DNA of 64,000 nucleotides from an uncultured Pseudomonadota bacterium (GCA_964388745.1 CAYMBP010000004.1:7430-71429), one strand, 5' to 3'; positions 19,427-28,647 are shown, counted from the first letter of the stretch. Made by a program: numbers and translations. The notes: generated by a model from the sequence alone, not told the origin.

Positions 19427-19483
19427 AAGCGCACATGTGATTTTGTAAGGGGTGGGAGCTTATTACAAATTACACGTGCGCTT
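19427..19483 (-). terminator. long imperfect hairpin between two minus-strand genes (probable terminator)
   Basis: AAGCGCAC...GTGCGCTT outer 8 bp plus about 12 further pairs, around a GGGGTGGGAGC loop. It lies 67 nt downstream of the stop of the 19550..20410 gene. Confidence 0.5.
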
Positions 19484-19549
19484 ATTTTTATGACAGTTTT
19501 TGGTTATTCCCACCCATAATTTTTGTTAACCTACTGTTCAAACATATTT

Positions 19550-20410
19550 TTATCGATGGCACTTTTTGAGCTTATTGCTACATTTTTTCCATTTTTTTTT
19601 GTGGTATTTTTTCCATGGAAAAAGAGTATACATAACTTTTTTGAGTTTTGTTTTTTCTTTGCATAGATTTTTTAACGTCTCATCATCTTTATATTTTTTC
19701 TTTATTGCATATGCTTGTTGCTTAAGATGCAGGTAAATATATTTTTTTCCACTTTTAAGATTGAGGTCACTTTCACTCTGGTCTAGGTGCTGAGCTATTT
19801 TAAGTTTTAATGCTTTTTCTTTAGCATTAGAGTTTAATTTTAATGGTGTATTCCACATGCCGCTTTTAAGCTGCTTCCAAACTTCATCAAAGGTATAAGC
19901 TTGATAGGCCTTAAAATTAAAATTTTTGAACGAAAGTTCTGTTGATAGTAGCTCATCTTTTATTTGATTTTTTTCTTGAAGAAGTTTTTTAAGAGCTTTA
20001 CCATCTTCCCTGTTGTAACTAGTGATGATGCTTAGCATAGAATCTTTGAGTCTATTTTTTTTATTTTTCCACTCTTGATAATAGTAGTCACTGGTGAGAC
20101 CAAGTTGGTTTACTCGAGCATTCCATAATGCTTCCCAAAGAACCGTTGCAGTTGGAGGAATTTGAGTATTATCAAATTTTATACTAATTTTTTTTGCATT
20201 ATTCCATTCTGGATTATCCTTGTAGTTGCAGTAACCATTTTTACTATTTTTTTTGTAATAGCAACGCTTTTTGCGGTTGTATCTGGAGGACTTATTCTTT
20301 TTTTTATGATGATGCCTCTGACCTTCGCTAGAGTGTTTACATAAAATTTTTTCAGGATTACTCATAAAAAAAGTTACAAGAAGGAGCAACTGTGATATTT
20401 TTTTATTCAT
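19550..20410 (-). CDS. hypothetical secreted Lys/basic-rich protein
   Basis: 286 aa. Signal-like ISQLLLLVTFFMS. Basic tracts HHHKKKNKSSRYNRKKR and the C-terminal KKYHKKKWKKCSNKLKKCHR. Confidence 0.5.
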   Translation of the reverse strand: MNKKISQLLLLVTFFMSNPEKILCKHSSEGQRHHHKKKNKSSRYNRKKRCYYKKNSKNGYCNYKDNPEWNNAKKISIKFDNTQIPPTATVLWEALWNARVNQLGLTSDYYYQEWKNKKNRLKDSMLSIITSYNREDGKALKKLLQEKNQIKDELLSTELSFKNFNFKAYQAYTFDEVWKQLKSGMWNTPLKLNSNAKEKALKLKIAQHLDQSESDLNLKSGKKYIYLHLKQQAYAIKKKYKDDETLKNLCKEKTKLKKVMYTLFPWKKYHKKKWKKCSNKLKKCHR

Positions 20411-20765
20411 TTTTTCCTTTCTTCCTACAAATTAAAAATAAAATTAGTCGAAGACATGTTGAAAAGACTGACAATCCAGTTGACATCGAGGTCAAGCACT
20501 CAGGGACTTTTTGTTCGTTTGAGGCCCGATACTGCACGATGCAGCAAAAGGAGAGTGTAATCTTCTCAACTTGTCTTTCTACTTTTAAACTACATAAAAG
20601 TATTACAAAAAAACAATAATTTTGTGTTTTTATATAAAAGAGGTAGGTGTTTACAGCGTGAGAATTGTCTTAATCTTATTATATAAGAGCTCTAAGTATA
20701 ATCTATTTTACACAAATATGGGGCTATTCCTCATTTAGATTTTTATGAGGTAGAAGGATGATATT

Positions 20766-20798
20766 GAGAAAAAAGATTGCAGCAATACAATCTTTTTT
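20766..20798 (-). terminator. rho-independent (bidirectional-looking) terminator after the 20842..22083 gene
   Basis: Stem AAAAGATTG (20771..20779) / CAATCTTTT (20788..20796), flanked by an A-run and a T-run. Confidence 0.6.
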
Positions 20799-20841
20799 AG
20801 TTCTATTGTCATTTTTTACAAATAATCCCATATGAAAAGAG

Positions 20842-22083
20842 TTAGCTTGCAGTTGCTTCAGGAATAATAAGACCTGAAACTTTTTTTAAGAGCTTGCTGA
20901 CTTGGCTCCTTTTTTGAGACCACTCGGTTGGCATGTTATTGGCAAGTGTATTAAGTTGGACTTGTAATTTTTGTTTAATTTGAGCAAGTTCTTGATTATC
21001 TTTAGCAGTAGGATCTTTAAGATTATTGAGAGCTCTCTCTAGGCTATTTGATGAGGATTCTATATTTTTAACAAGGCGAGATTCTTCTTGTTCAAAGAGG
21101 GATTTAAGCTTTTTATTTTCAATAAGATGTATTCCGTCATTTATAAGCATTGTCATTACTCGAGTGGCTGTAGGCTGATTTGGAGCTAGTGAAAAACGCA
21201 CAAGGTAAGGGGTTGCTTTATTAAGCTGAGCAATAAGATTTTTGTTTTCTGCTGAAAAATATTTTTTTTCAGCTTCGGGAAGCTCGTTAAGTTGTCGCAC
21301 ATAGCTGGATAAGCCTGAGGCAAGGCTTTCAAATTTATTTTGACTTGGCCGTTGAAGTTCTTCATATGCCGTCAGTAAATCTTTTTCAGGAGATGAGCTT
21401 TTTGTCTTGGTACTGATAATAGCGATAATGGTTGATAGGTCGTGATTAAGCTTTTTTACTATTTGTTGCAGTTGGTTTTCTTTTATCTCTTTTTCATCAT
21501 TACTTTTACTCTTTTTATTCTTATTTTTTGAGGTATAGCCTGGTGATGAAGGAGTGGTATTTGTTTTTTTTGTTTGAGGGGTTTGAATATTTTTGTTTTT
21601 TGATTGAGATGATTGTTGAAGTGGTTGTTTATTGAAAGCAGAGGAGTGTTCCTGATAAGGGCTTCGGCCAAAACCTCGATTAGATGAAGAAGGGCGTCCA
21701 CCACCAAAGGGTGAGTAACTTCCATAGCTGCTACGACCATGTCCGTATGAAGAGCCATATCCGCGTCCATATGAAGGCCTTCGTCCACTGCTGCGATTTC
21801 CAACAGAAGCACCTCTACTTTTGAGTCCTCCAGCCCCTACACGTTTTTGTTTTTGAGCTGCACTATCTTCTTGTTGCTTGATTCGTTTTTTTTCCGCCTC
21901 TATCGCTTGTATTGTGATTTTATCATTGCGAAGAGCGCTAAGTCGGCTAGTAATTGAATTGAGAGGTTGTAGTGCTCGCTCTGTCTCTTGTTCATAGGCA
22001 CTTACTAAAGGCTTTTGTGGTTGAGGTGATAATGTATAAACTATCGTATTTGTCATAAGAGCGATAATAAAAAGTAATGACAT
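20842..22083 (-). CDS. hypothetical secreted protein with RGG/SYG low-complexity region
   Basis: 413 aa. N-terminal MSLLFIIALMTNTIVYTLS. Central GRRPSYGRGYGSSYGHGRSSYGSYSPFGGGRPSSSNRGFGRSPY, followed by a Q/S/K/N/T-rich tract and a helical C-terminal half. Confidence 0.55.
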   Translation of the reverse strand: MSLLFIIALMTNTIVYTLSPQPQKPLVSAYEQETERALQPLNSITSRLSALRNDKITIQAIEAEKKRIKQQEDSAAQKQKRVGAGGLKSRGASVGNRSSGRRPSYGRGYGSSYGHGRSSYGSYSPFGGGRPSSSNRGFGRSPYQEHSSAFNKQPLQQSSQSKNKNIQTPQTKKTNTTPSSPGYTSKNKNKKSKSNDEKEIKENQLQQIVKKLNHDLSTIIAIISTKTKSSSPEKDLLTAYEELQRPSQNKFESLASGLSSYVRQLNELPEAEKKYFSAENKNLIAQLNKATPYLVRFSLAPNQPTATRVMTMLINDGIHLIENKKLKSLFEQEESRLVKNIESSSNSLERALNNLKDPTAKDNQELAQIKQKLQVQLNTLANNMPTEWSQKRSQVSKLLKKVSGLIIPEATAS

Positions 22084-22098
22084 ACAATATTCCTTTTT

Positions 22099-22932
22099 CT
22101 AGTATCCGCGGGGTGACCGATCGATTTTTTTCTGACGAATAGATGTGCGTCGTTCGATTGTACTCATTTGATCAAGTTTGGGGAGTGGAACTTTTATTTT
22201 TTTGAGTTGTTTATATGAGTCTTTGATATCTTGCTGTTTTATTGATGGTATTTTTTGTACCACTTTGCTTAGACTTTCAAACAATCCATAGATATCTTTT
22301 CTTAAAGAGACTCTCTCTTTATCTGATGAAAAAAAGGTTGTAAGATAGGCATTATGACTTGAAATTAACTCATATTCACTCTCAAATGTGTCGATATGCT
22401 GTTTGTAGCTTTGTTCAAATCGATCTTTAAAGCTCTGTGAAAAGACATCTCCTATAATAGCTGATTCGATAGTTCGCAGGTGCTCAACAAGATTACCCAT
22501 GTGGTAATGATATGCATGTTTTTTTAAGGAGGGTATTTCCTCTAATGTTTGCTTTGAATTTGAGCCTGTTTCTTTATTTGAAAGAGAATCAAGAAAGTTT
22601 GACTTTAGGTCATTTTTTTGAATTTTTACAGTCTGTTGAGGTAAAACAGTTTGAGGGATTTCATTGTTAGGAGGTGACCAGGTTGGTTCAGGAGAAGGGC
22701 TTTGCTGCTCTTTACGAAGCTCTTGCTCAAGTTCATTTTCTAATTCTTTAACAAATTCTCCAAAATCAAAATTTTCTCCAAACAGAGAGCCAAATGAAAA
22801 GGGGTCTTCGTTACCTTTAATCAAAGACTGTGTAAGAAGCATAGTTGTAATCAGTGCACAAAAAGAGATAATAATATTTTTATTACGGCGTAAAAGAGAG
22901 TTCATAGTGACTCCTCTTGTTTTTCCCCCCAA
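22099..22932 (-). CDS. hypothetical secreted protein
   Basis: 277-aa ORF. The likely start is at the internal MNSLLRRNKNIIISFCALITTMLL (nt 22905). It is followed 15 nt later by the next gene, so co-transcription is likely. Confidence 0.5.
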   Translation of the reverse strand: MGGKTRGVTMNSLLRRNKNIIISFCALITTMLLTQSLIKGNEDPFSFGSLFGENFDFGEFVKELENELEQELRKEQQSPSPEPTWSPPNNEIPQTVLPQQTVKIQKNDLKSNFLDSLSNKETGSNSKQTLEEIPSLKKHAYHYHMGNLVEHLRTIESAIIGDVFSQSFKDRFEQSYKQHIDTFESEYELISSHNAYLTTFFSSDKERVSLRKDIYGLFESLSKVVQKIPSIKQQDIKDSYKQLKKIKVPLPKLDQMSTIERRTSIRQKKIDRSPRGY

Positions 22933-23029
22933 GGGTATGTTATTCCTTAAAACATGTAACGTATCTTTGTAACATCATAAAAGAGTGGTGAACGGATAAT
23001 CAAGTCTATGAAAAATTGGTCTGTTTAGC

Positions 23030-23254
23030 ATGGCAAGGATTGTTTTTATGGTATCACATAATAAGTATCAAAACAAAAGGGGGTGGATTTTGTATGAACT
23101 TGCAGTGAGCATAGCAATTTTATCTTTTATGACAATAAGTATTATTTCTATGATAGGTTGTATAGAGATGCTATTTCAACAACAAAAGATGATTATTCAT
23201 AGAACGGAGCTTACGCATGAAAAGCAAAAAAAGGAAGGGGTCAAGCCTTATTGA
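23030..23254 (+). CDS. prepilin-type N-terminal domain protein (minor pseudopilin-like)
   Basis: KRG/WILYELAVSIAIL: Gly at -1, Glu at +5 and a hydrophobic helix, which is the class III (prepilin peptidase) signal pattern. Confidence 0.55.
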   Translation: MARIVFMVSHNKYQNKRGWILYELAVSIAILSFMTISIISMIGCIEMLFQQQKMIIHRTELTHEKQKKEGVKPY

Positions 23255-23714
23255 GTTATTTGTTGGTCTAGCAGGAGCTGTCAGCCTTTCGTTAATGCTT
23301 TGTCATTTGATTGTTTTTATTATGCAATATATCAAAGTTTCTCATCAAAAGGATAGTGAGCTTGATGCGCTTCTTGTTATTGATAGTCTCAAACGAGACC
23401 TGATAAGTGCTGTTCCCGCTCTTTCGATTAGCCAGCAAGGAGTATTCTGTTTACATGTTCTTGATTCAAAAAAAAGACCTATTGAAAAATTTATTAAGTG
23501 GGGGTGCAATGAATCAGGTCTTTTTCGCAAAGAGGGGAATTTCGATAGAAAAAAAGACTCTTTTTATGCCAACTCAACAATTATGATGCGTTGTCCTATT
23601 ACTTCATTGAGTATCAGTTTTAGTGATGGGAAAAGGGCACTTTGTTCTATTAATTATACAATTAGAGGTAATCAATATCAGACGAACACTTATATACTTA
23701 ATAAAATTTTTTAA
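23217..23714 (+). CDS. prepilin-type N-terminal domain protein (minor pseudopilin-like)
   Basis: KKRKG/SSLIELFVGLAGAV: Gly at -1, Glu at +5. Overlaps the previous ORF by 38 nt. Confidence 0.55.
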   Translation: MKSKKRKGSSLIELFVGLAGAVSLSLMLCHLIVFIMQYIKVSHQKDSELDALLVIDSLKRDLISAVPALSISQQGVFCLHVLDSKKRPIEKFIKWGCNESGLFRKEGNFDRKKDSFYANSTIMMRCPITSLSISFSDGKRALCSINYTIRGNQYQTNTYILNKIF

Positions 23715-23726
23715 AAGAGAGCAGCT

Positions 23727-24158
23727 ATGATTCAACGTGATGGTTTTTGCGTAGTGCTTGTTTTGCTTTCAATAACAATAATGATGGTGTTGTTAATGCA
23801 TGTTTGGGCACGACAATCATTGTCCATGTTGCTTTTACAGCATAGAGAATGTTTTTATGAAAAAAGGGACCTTCTTGCTAATGCGCTTTCTGTTGCCTGT
23901 AGACAATTAAAAAATAGGCAAGATCATGATGATCCTGGTCAGATTTCATTTATTACCAGTGATAAGGCACAAGTAAACGGAAGGAATTTTCAAGTGACAA
24001 CGTTGTTAAAGCTTGATGAAAAAAAGAAAGATCTTTATCTACTTAATATTGAATGCAAGGATAACGCTGGTAAAGAATTATCCTTGTCTGGCTTTTTATT
24101 ACGAAGGGCTGATCATGTTATTGCTGATTACATTACTCTCAGGCCTGGCATACGGTAG
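23727..24158 (+). CDS. pseudopilin-like protein lacking Glu+5 (GspK-like pattern)
   Basis: MIQRDG/FCVVLVLLSITIMMVLL: Gly then a hydrophobic helix with no Glu at +5. Third gene in the same run. Confidence 0.4.
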   Translation: MIQRDGFCVVLVLLSITIMMVLLMHVWARQSLSMLLLQHRECFYEKRDLLANALSVACRQLKNRQDHDDPGQISFITSDKAQVNGRNFQVTTLLKLDEKKKDLYLLNIECKDNAGKELSLSGFLLRRADHVIADYITLRPGIR

Positions 24159-25386
24159 CGCATTTGTTTTTCCCTATCTTCTTGGGTGGCTTGTTTTGCC
24201 ATCATTAACAGCAGTATGCCTTGTTTTATACTTTTGTATTTGTTCATCAGAGTCATTATTCAAAATTAGCTTACTTGGCCTTGCTTGGGGTTGGGCCGCT
24301 TATGCTGTTTCACACTATTGGACTTTTTTTGTTGTGATTGATAATAGTACGGTTACCACTCCTTATGCCTTTGGATTAACCATAATAATGGCATTTGTTA
24401 TGTCGCTTAGCGTTGTACTTTGGTGGTTTATTACTGGACTTCTTGCAAGGCTTTCTTCGTCACATTTTTTTTATGGTATTCTTATTTTGGTAACATCTTA
24501 CGGATACTTTTTATTAATGAATCAAAAGGGCGGAATTATTATGGGACAAGATTGTGGCTATCCACTCTTTTCACCCGCAGTGCCCTTGTCTGCCTATCCT
24601 TTATTTCTTAGTTGTGTTAGGCATCTGAGTTCTGCTACAGCTCCAGGGCATTACATGAGCAATAAACAACATAAATTGAATATTGAATTTAAACATCTTA
24701 AGCCTGTTATTAATAAGCGAACGGAGCAGAAACTTAAACATCTTCAATCAAAGCAGGGGTGTGGGCAAGGGATATACCTTGTTTTGCAAGAATTAACTAA
24801 AACAATAGATCCCAATAAAAAGACAATTATTGTCTCGCCTGAAAGTTCTTTTCCTCATTGCCTGAATGAAGCTCATGATCACCACGAATTGTGGTCAAAC
24901 GGATTTCCGTCAAATGCACACTTACTTATTGGATCCCAACATCGCAGCAATAAAAAAGGAAAAAGGACTCAAGCAATTTATCATATGACAAACGGTCGCA
25001 TAACTGATTTTTATGTAAAAAAACATTTAATGCCTTTTGGAGAAACTCCTCCACCTTGGTTTATCGCACAATTTTTACAAGAAAAATGGTTTGGACAGAC
25101 AGAATGGATGGAGCGTAATGATTGCCAAGGAGTTCATACTTTTTCTGTTGAAGGAATAACAATAATTCCTCAGGTATGTTCAGAATTTTTGGCTTGCAAT
25201 AGCCGCGCACATTTTTTTCCTTGGCGGATTAGGCAATCTGAAAATCCAACGTTTATTTTATTTTTTGTTAATGATAGCTGGTTTAGAGATTCTTTCAATG
25301 ATATTTTAAAATTATATGCGGCTCTTCGCCAAGCATGGATTGGCATTCCTGTTATTTATATTGGACATGATGATCTTATTCAATAA
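24115..25386 (+). CDS. lnt: apolipoprotein N-acyltransferase
   Basis: Multi-TM N-terminal half plus a CN-hydrolase half with the E-K-C triad contexts IIVSPESSFP, KKHLMPFGE and QVCSEF. The start is placed at the ATG at 24115 (MLLLITLLSGLAYG); the track ORF starts at 24013. Confidence 0.7.
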   Translation: MLLLITLLSGLAYGSAFVFPYLLGWLVLPSLTAVCLVLYFCICSSESLFKISLLGLAWGWAAYAVSHYWTFFVVIDNSTVTTPYAFGLTIIMAFVMSLSVVLWWFITGLLARLSSSHFFYGILILVTSYGYFLLMNQKGGIIMGQDCGYPLFSPAVPLSAYPLFLSCVRHLSSATAPGHYMSNKQHKLNIEFKHLKPVINKRTEQKLKHLQSKQGCGQGIYLVLQELTKTIDPNKKTIIVSPESSFPHCLNEAHDHHELWSNGFPSNAHLLIGSQHRSNKKGKRTQAIYHMTNGRITDFYVKKHLMPFGETPPPWFIAQFLQEKWFGQTEWMERNDCQGVHTFSVEGITIIPQVCSEFLACNSRAHFFPWRIRQSENPTFILFFVNDSWFRDSFNDILKLYAALRQAWIGIPVIYIGHDDLIQ

Positions 25387-25406
25387 TTATAAAAGCTATA
25401 GAAAAG

Positions 25407-26633
25407 GTGAGTATGAAAATATTTTTACTATTTATATCATTAATTGGATTAATGCATAATCTTGCTTATACAATGAAAATAAAAAAAAGAATTCGCTGGG
25501 CTGATGAAATAGGCTATTATGAAGGAGATAATGTGGATTGTCCTCGTGATATAGAGGAGGTCATAACCAAGAATGAAAGGGCTCTAAATTCTTTAATCAA
25601 AAGTTATTTAAGAATTCGATTGATGTTACCAAGCATATGCTCTCTATTGCCTGATGATTATACAAAAAGCATTATAGGTAAAATTTTATATAATGACGAG
25701 CACAATGAAGAAAGCTTAGCTTATTGTAAAAAAGAGTGGCATTTAATGTATCAAAGAGCAGAAGGAGCTTTAATGTTCAATATGCTTACCAACCTTCAAG
25801 AGAAATATCAATTGACTGAGGAACTTAATCTCCAATTAAAAGATATTTACGGACAATTATCTTTGCTTAAAGAAAGTGTTGAATACACATGCAAAGCATT
25901 ATATGGTGATATGCCTTTTTATGAGGAAATTTATGAAGAAATTTATGAAGAGCATTCATTACTTAAGGCATATATAAGGGAAGTAAAATATCTTGTGTCA
26001 ACATATAAAGAAGATCCATGGAGTTATCTTAATAAAACAGATAAGGGTGCACAATTGGCATGTCATTATGCTCAGTATAAAAATAAAATAACAGGAGAAG
26101 GAATATCTAGTGGAGTATTTATTGGAAAAAAACTTTTTCCAATAACCGCTTCTGTGATTGCTGATATTCATGTTAAACATATTTTTGACGTACTTTTTGC
26201 CCCTTTTGAAGTAGAGTATTATGAAGGGCTAAGTGGATGCGGATATCGTAGTAAGTGGAAGTTTGATGAAAAATTTATAGAAAAACTTGAAATCATTGAA
26301 ATGTCAATTGATGATTTTACAAGTTATGCTCTTTTTTTTAAACAAATTTATTATATACTCCATGCAAGAAAAGACTCTTGTGAGCAATCGGAAAGGTTGC
26401 TATTATCATTTGATGCATTTTGGAAAAAAGTTTGTGATCTAGCGAATAATGTCGATTTTAGGCATTACAAGGAGCATTTTTCAGCTATAATAACATTCAA
26501 AAAAAAGATGCTCGAAGAAAAAAAGCTTATAGATGCTATTTTAGAAAAAGAAGAGCAAATTTATAGCAATATAAGGCCTGAAGAAAATTTTATAAAGGCT
26601 GTTTGGAGAGATGTTAAAGCCCTTGTTTTCTGA
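25407..26633 (+). CDS. hypothetical secreted protein
   Basis: 408 aa. The signal-like MKIFLLFISLIGLMHNLAYT starts at the ATG at 25413. Contains an EEIYEEIYEE tandem. No family motif recognised. Confidence 0.5.
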   Translation: MSMKIFLLFISLIGLMHNLAYTMKIKKRIRWADEIGYYEGDNVDCPRDIEEVITKNERALNSLIKSYLRIRLMLPSICSLLPDDYTKSIIGKILYNDEHNEESLAYCKKEWHLMYQRAEGALMFNMLTNLQEKYQLTEELNLQLKDIYGQLSLLKESVEYTCKALYGDMPFYEEIYEEIYEEHSLLKAYIREVKYLVSTYKEDPWSYLNKTDKGAQLACHYAQYKNKITGEGISSGVFIGKKLFPITASVIADIHVKHIFDVLFAPFEVEYYEGLSGCGYRSKWKFDEKFIEKLEIIEMSIDDFTSYALFFKQIYYILHARKDSCEQSERLLLSFDAFWKKVCDLANNVDFRHYKEHFSAIITFKKKMLEEKKLIDAILEKEEQIYSNIRPEENFIKAVWRDVKALVF

Positions 26634-26773
26634 TTAACCTTGAAATCGAGAGGTTTCAATATCAAGTAAAAAAAGTTTTATTTCAAAAAAGGACTCTATT
26701 TTTTTATGGATCCTCTTGTTATACTAGCAAATATGCAGCTTTTAACTGCTAGTTTTAATCAAATGGATGCTAT

Positions 26774-27232
26774 ATGAAAGGGTTAATTTTGAAAGTATAC
26801 ATGCTTAAAGATATAGAAAAAATTGGAATGGCTGGTCAGATTATTAATGTTTCTGATGGTTATGCTAAAAACTACCTTTTGCCAAGAAATCTTGCAAAAG
26901 AAGTTAAAAAAGGTGAAGAAAGTTTTTTTAAAGCTCGCGAGCAAAAAGAAGTTGTAAAAAAAGAAGTTTTAGGAAGCAAAATTGCTATGCTTGCAGAGCG
27001 TATTAAAAATATGCGCCTTACAATTAAAGAAAAAACTCATGATAATGGCAAACTTTATGGTGCTGTGGGAGCTGATGAAGTTGTTGAGTTATTAAAAAAT
27101 AAAGAAGTGAGTATCAGTAAAAAGCAAGTAGAGTTTGAAAAAGCAATTAAAGAAGTTGGTGATCATAAAGTGATTATTCGCTTAACATCAAAGCTTAAGC
27201 CTCAGCTGTCACTCACCGTTGTTGCAAAGTAA
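26774..27232 (+). CDS. rplI: 50S ribosomal protein L9
   Basis: KVYMLKDIEKIGMAGQIINVSDGYAKNYLLPRNLA matches the L9 N-terminal domain. Classical rplI-dnaB adjacency. Confidence 0.85.
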   Translation: MKGLILKVYMLKDIEKIGMAGQIINVSDGYAKNYLLPRNLAKEVKKGEESFFKAREQKEVVKKEVLGSKIAMLAERIKNMRLTIKEKTHDNGKLYGAVGADEVVELLKNKEVSISKKQVEFEKAIKEVGDHKVIIRLTSKLKPQLSLTVVAK

Positions 27233-27247
27233 GGGTTAAAAAAAAAT

Positions 27248-28624
27248 ATGGCAGAGCCTACTGGTCAACTACGTGTATCATCTGTGCAGTCATCAACACC
27301 GTCGGTAACTGGTAGAGCAATGCCTGTAAGTATAGAGGCTGAAAAATCTGTACTTGCAGCTCTTTTATTAAATGATGACAACCTCACTCTTGTTGCAGAT
27401 TTTTTAAAACCTGTTGATTTTTCATTAAAATCGCATCAACTAATTTATCAAGCAATTCTTGATGTTGCTCAGCAGAGTCAAAAAGTTGATATTGTTGTAC
27501 TAAATGATTACTTTGAGCGGCAACAGCAAGTTGATGATATGGGAGGAGTGGGGTATCTTCTTGAGCTTCAAGAAGATATTCCTTCTGTTGGTCTTATTCA
27601 ACAACATGCAAAAATTGTTAAAGATAAAGCAATCTTGCGCCACTTAATTACTGCAGCTTCAGATATTATTGGTACTTGTTATGATAATAATATTGATGAA
27701 GTTGATGTTGTTCTTGACAAGGCTGAACAAAAAATATTTCAACTCGCGAGCAAGATAGCTCCACCATCATTTGTCCAGCTTAATGTTATTTTGAAGCAAG
27801 CTTTTCATAATCTTTCGCAAATGAAATCAACCCAGCAGGGTGTTACCGGTGTTTCAACAGGATTTGTGCAGTTTGATGAAATGACGTCAGGTATGCAAAA
27901 AAGTGATTTACTTATTTTAGCTGGCCGTCCATCAATGGGTAAAACTGCATTAGCTCTTAACATTGCTCTTAACTCATGGAGAAATGGTCATGCCGTTGGT
28001 ATTTTTTCTCTTGAAATGTCATCTGAGCAATTAGTGCTTCGTATGTTATCATCAGAGAGTTGCATTCCTTATCAAAAAATTCGGAATGCACAATTATCAT
28101 CTGAAGAATTTATGGAAATGACTGATACTGCAGCTCGACTAGCAGAAGCAAAAATATTTATAGATGATACGCCTTCATTAAATATTATGGAATTGCGAGC
28201 AAAAGCTCGTAAACTTAAGTCTCAAGTTGACCTTGAACTCATAGTTATTGATTACTTGCAGTTACTTAATTCACATCAGCGCCATGAAAATAGAACACAA
28301 GAAATTTCAGCTATCTCTCGTTCACTGAAGGCTCTTGCTAAAGAGCTTGATATTCCTGTGCTAGCCTTGTCTCAGTTATCTAGATCACTTGAAACGCGCA
28401 TGGATAAACGTCCTATGTTATCAGATCTTCGTGAATCTGGAGCGATAGAGCAAGATGGAGATGTTATATTTTTTGTTTATCGAGATGTGGTTTATAATCC
28501 AGATACAGAATATCCTGATCATGCAGAAATAATTATTGGCAAACAGAGAAATGGACCTGTTGGATCATTTCATGTTGGCTTTCATGGAGAAATTGCTCGA
28601 TTTGCTGATCTTCAAGGAGGATAA
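27248..28624 (+). CDS. dnaB: replicative DNA helicase DnaB
   Basis: 458 aa with PVSIEAEKSVLAALL, Walker A GRPSMGKTALALN, VIDYLQLL and QLSRSLE. Confidence 0.95.
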   Translation: MAEPTGQLRVSSVQSSTPSVTGRAMPVSIEAEKSVLAALLLNDDNLTLVADFLKPVDFSLKSHQLIYQAILDVAQQSQKVDIVVLNDYFERQQQVDDMGGVGYLLELQEDIPSVGLIQQHAKIVKDKAILRHLITAASDIIGTCYDNNIDEVDVVLDKAEQKIFQLASKIAPPSFVQLNVILKQAFHNLSQMKSTQQGVTGVSTGFVQFDEMTSGMQKSDLLILAGRPSMGKTALALNIALNSWRNGHAVGIFSLEMSSEQLVLRMLSSESCIPYQKIRNAQLSSEEFMEMTDTAARLAEAKIFIDDTPSLNIMELRAKARKLKSQVDLELIVIDYLQLLNSHQRHENRTQEISAISRSLKALAKELDIPVLALSQLSRSLETRMDKRPMLSDLRESGAIEQDGDVIFFVYRDVVYNPDTEYPDHAEIIIGKQRNGPVGSFHVGFHGEIARFADLQGG

Positions 28625-28647
28625 GCGTTAAAGAGGAAAGGATTGAA

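Noticed and set aside
20392-20619. 75-aa + strand ORF in the 430-bp spacer, and a locally GC-richer stretch (about 20455..20570) considered as a riboswitch or ncRNA
   Set aside because: The ORF has no SD and overlaps the start of the opposite-strand gene. I could not fit the GC-richer stretch to any RNA family or to a convincing fold beyond 5-bp stems.
21483-21812. 109-aa minus-strand ORF inside the RGG-protein gene
   Set aside because: It is an alternative frame across the repetitive Gly/Ser/Arg-coding region. The 413-aa frame has the signal peptide and continuity.
24013-24114. N-terminal extension of lnt from the track start at 24013
   Set aside because: The extension is the out-of-frame overlap with the third pseudopilin gene. 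The Lnt-like hydrophobic N-terminus begins at the ATG at 24115.
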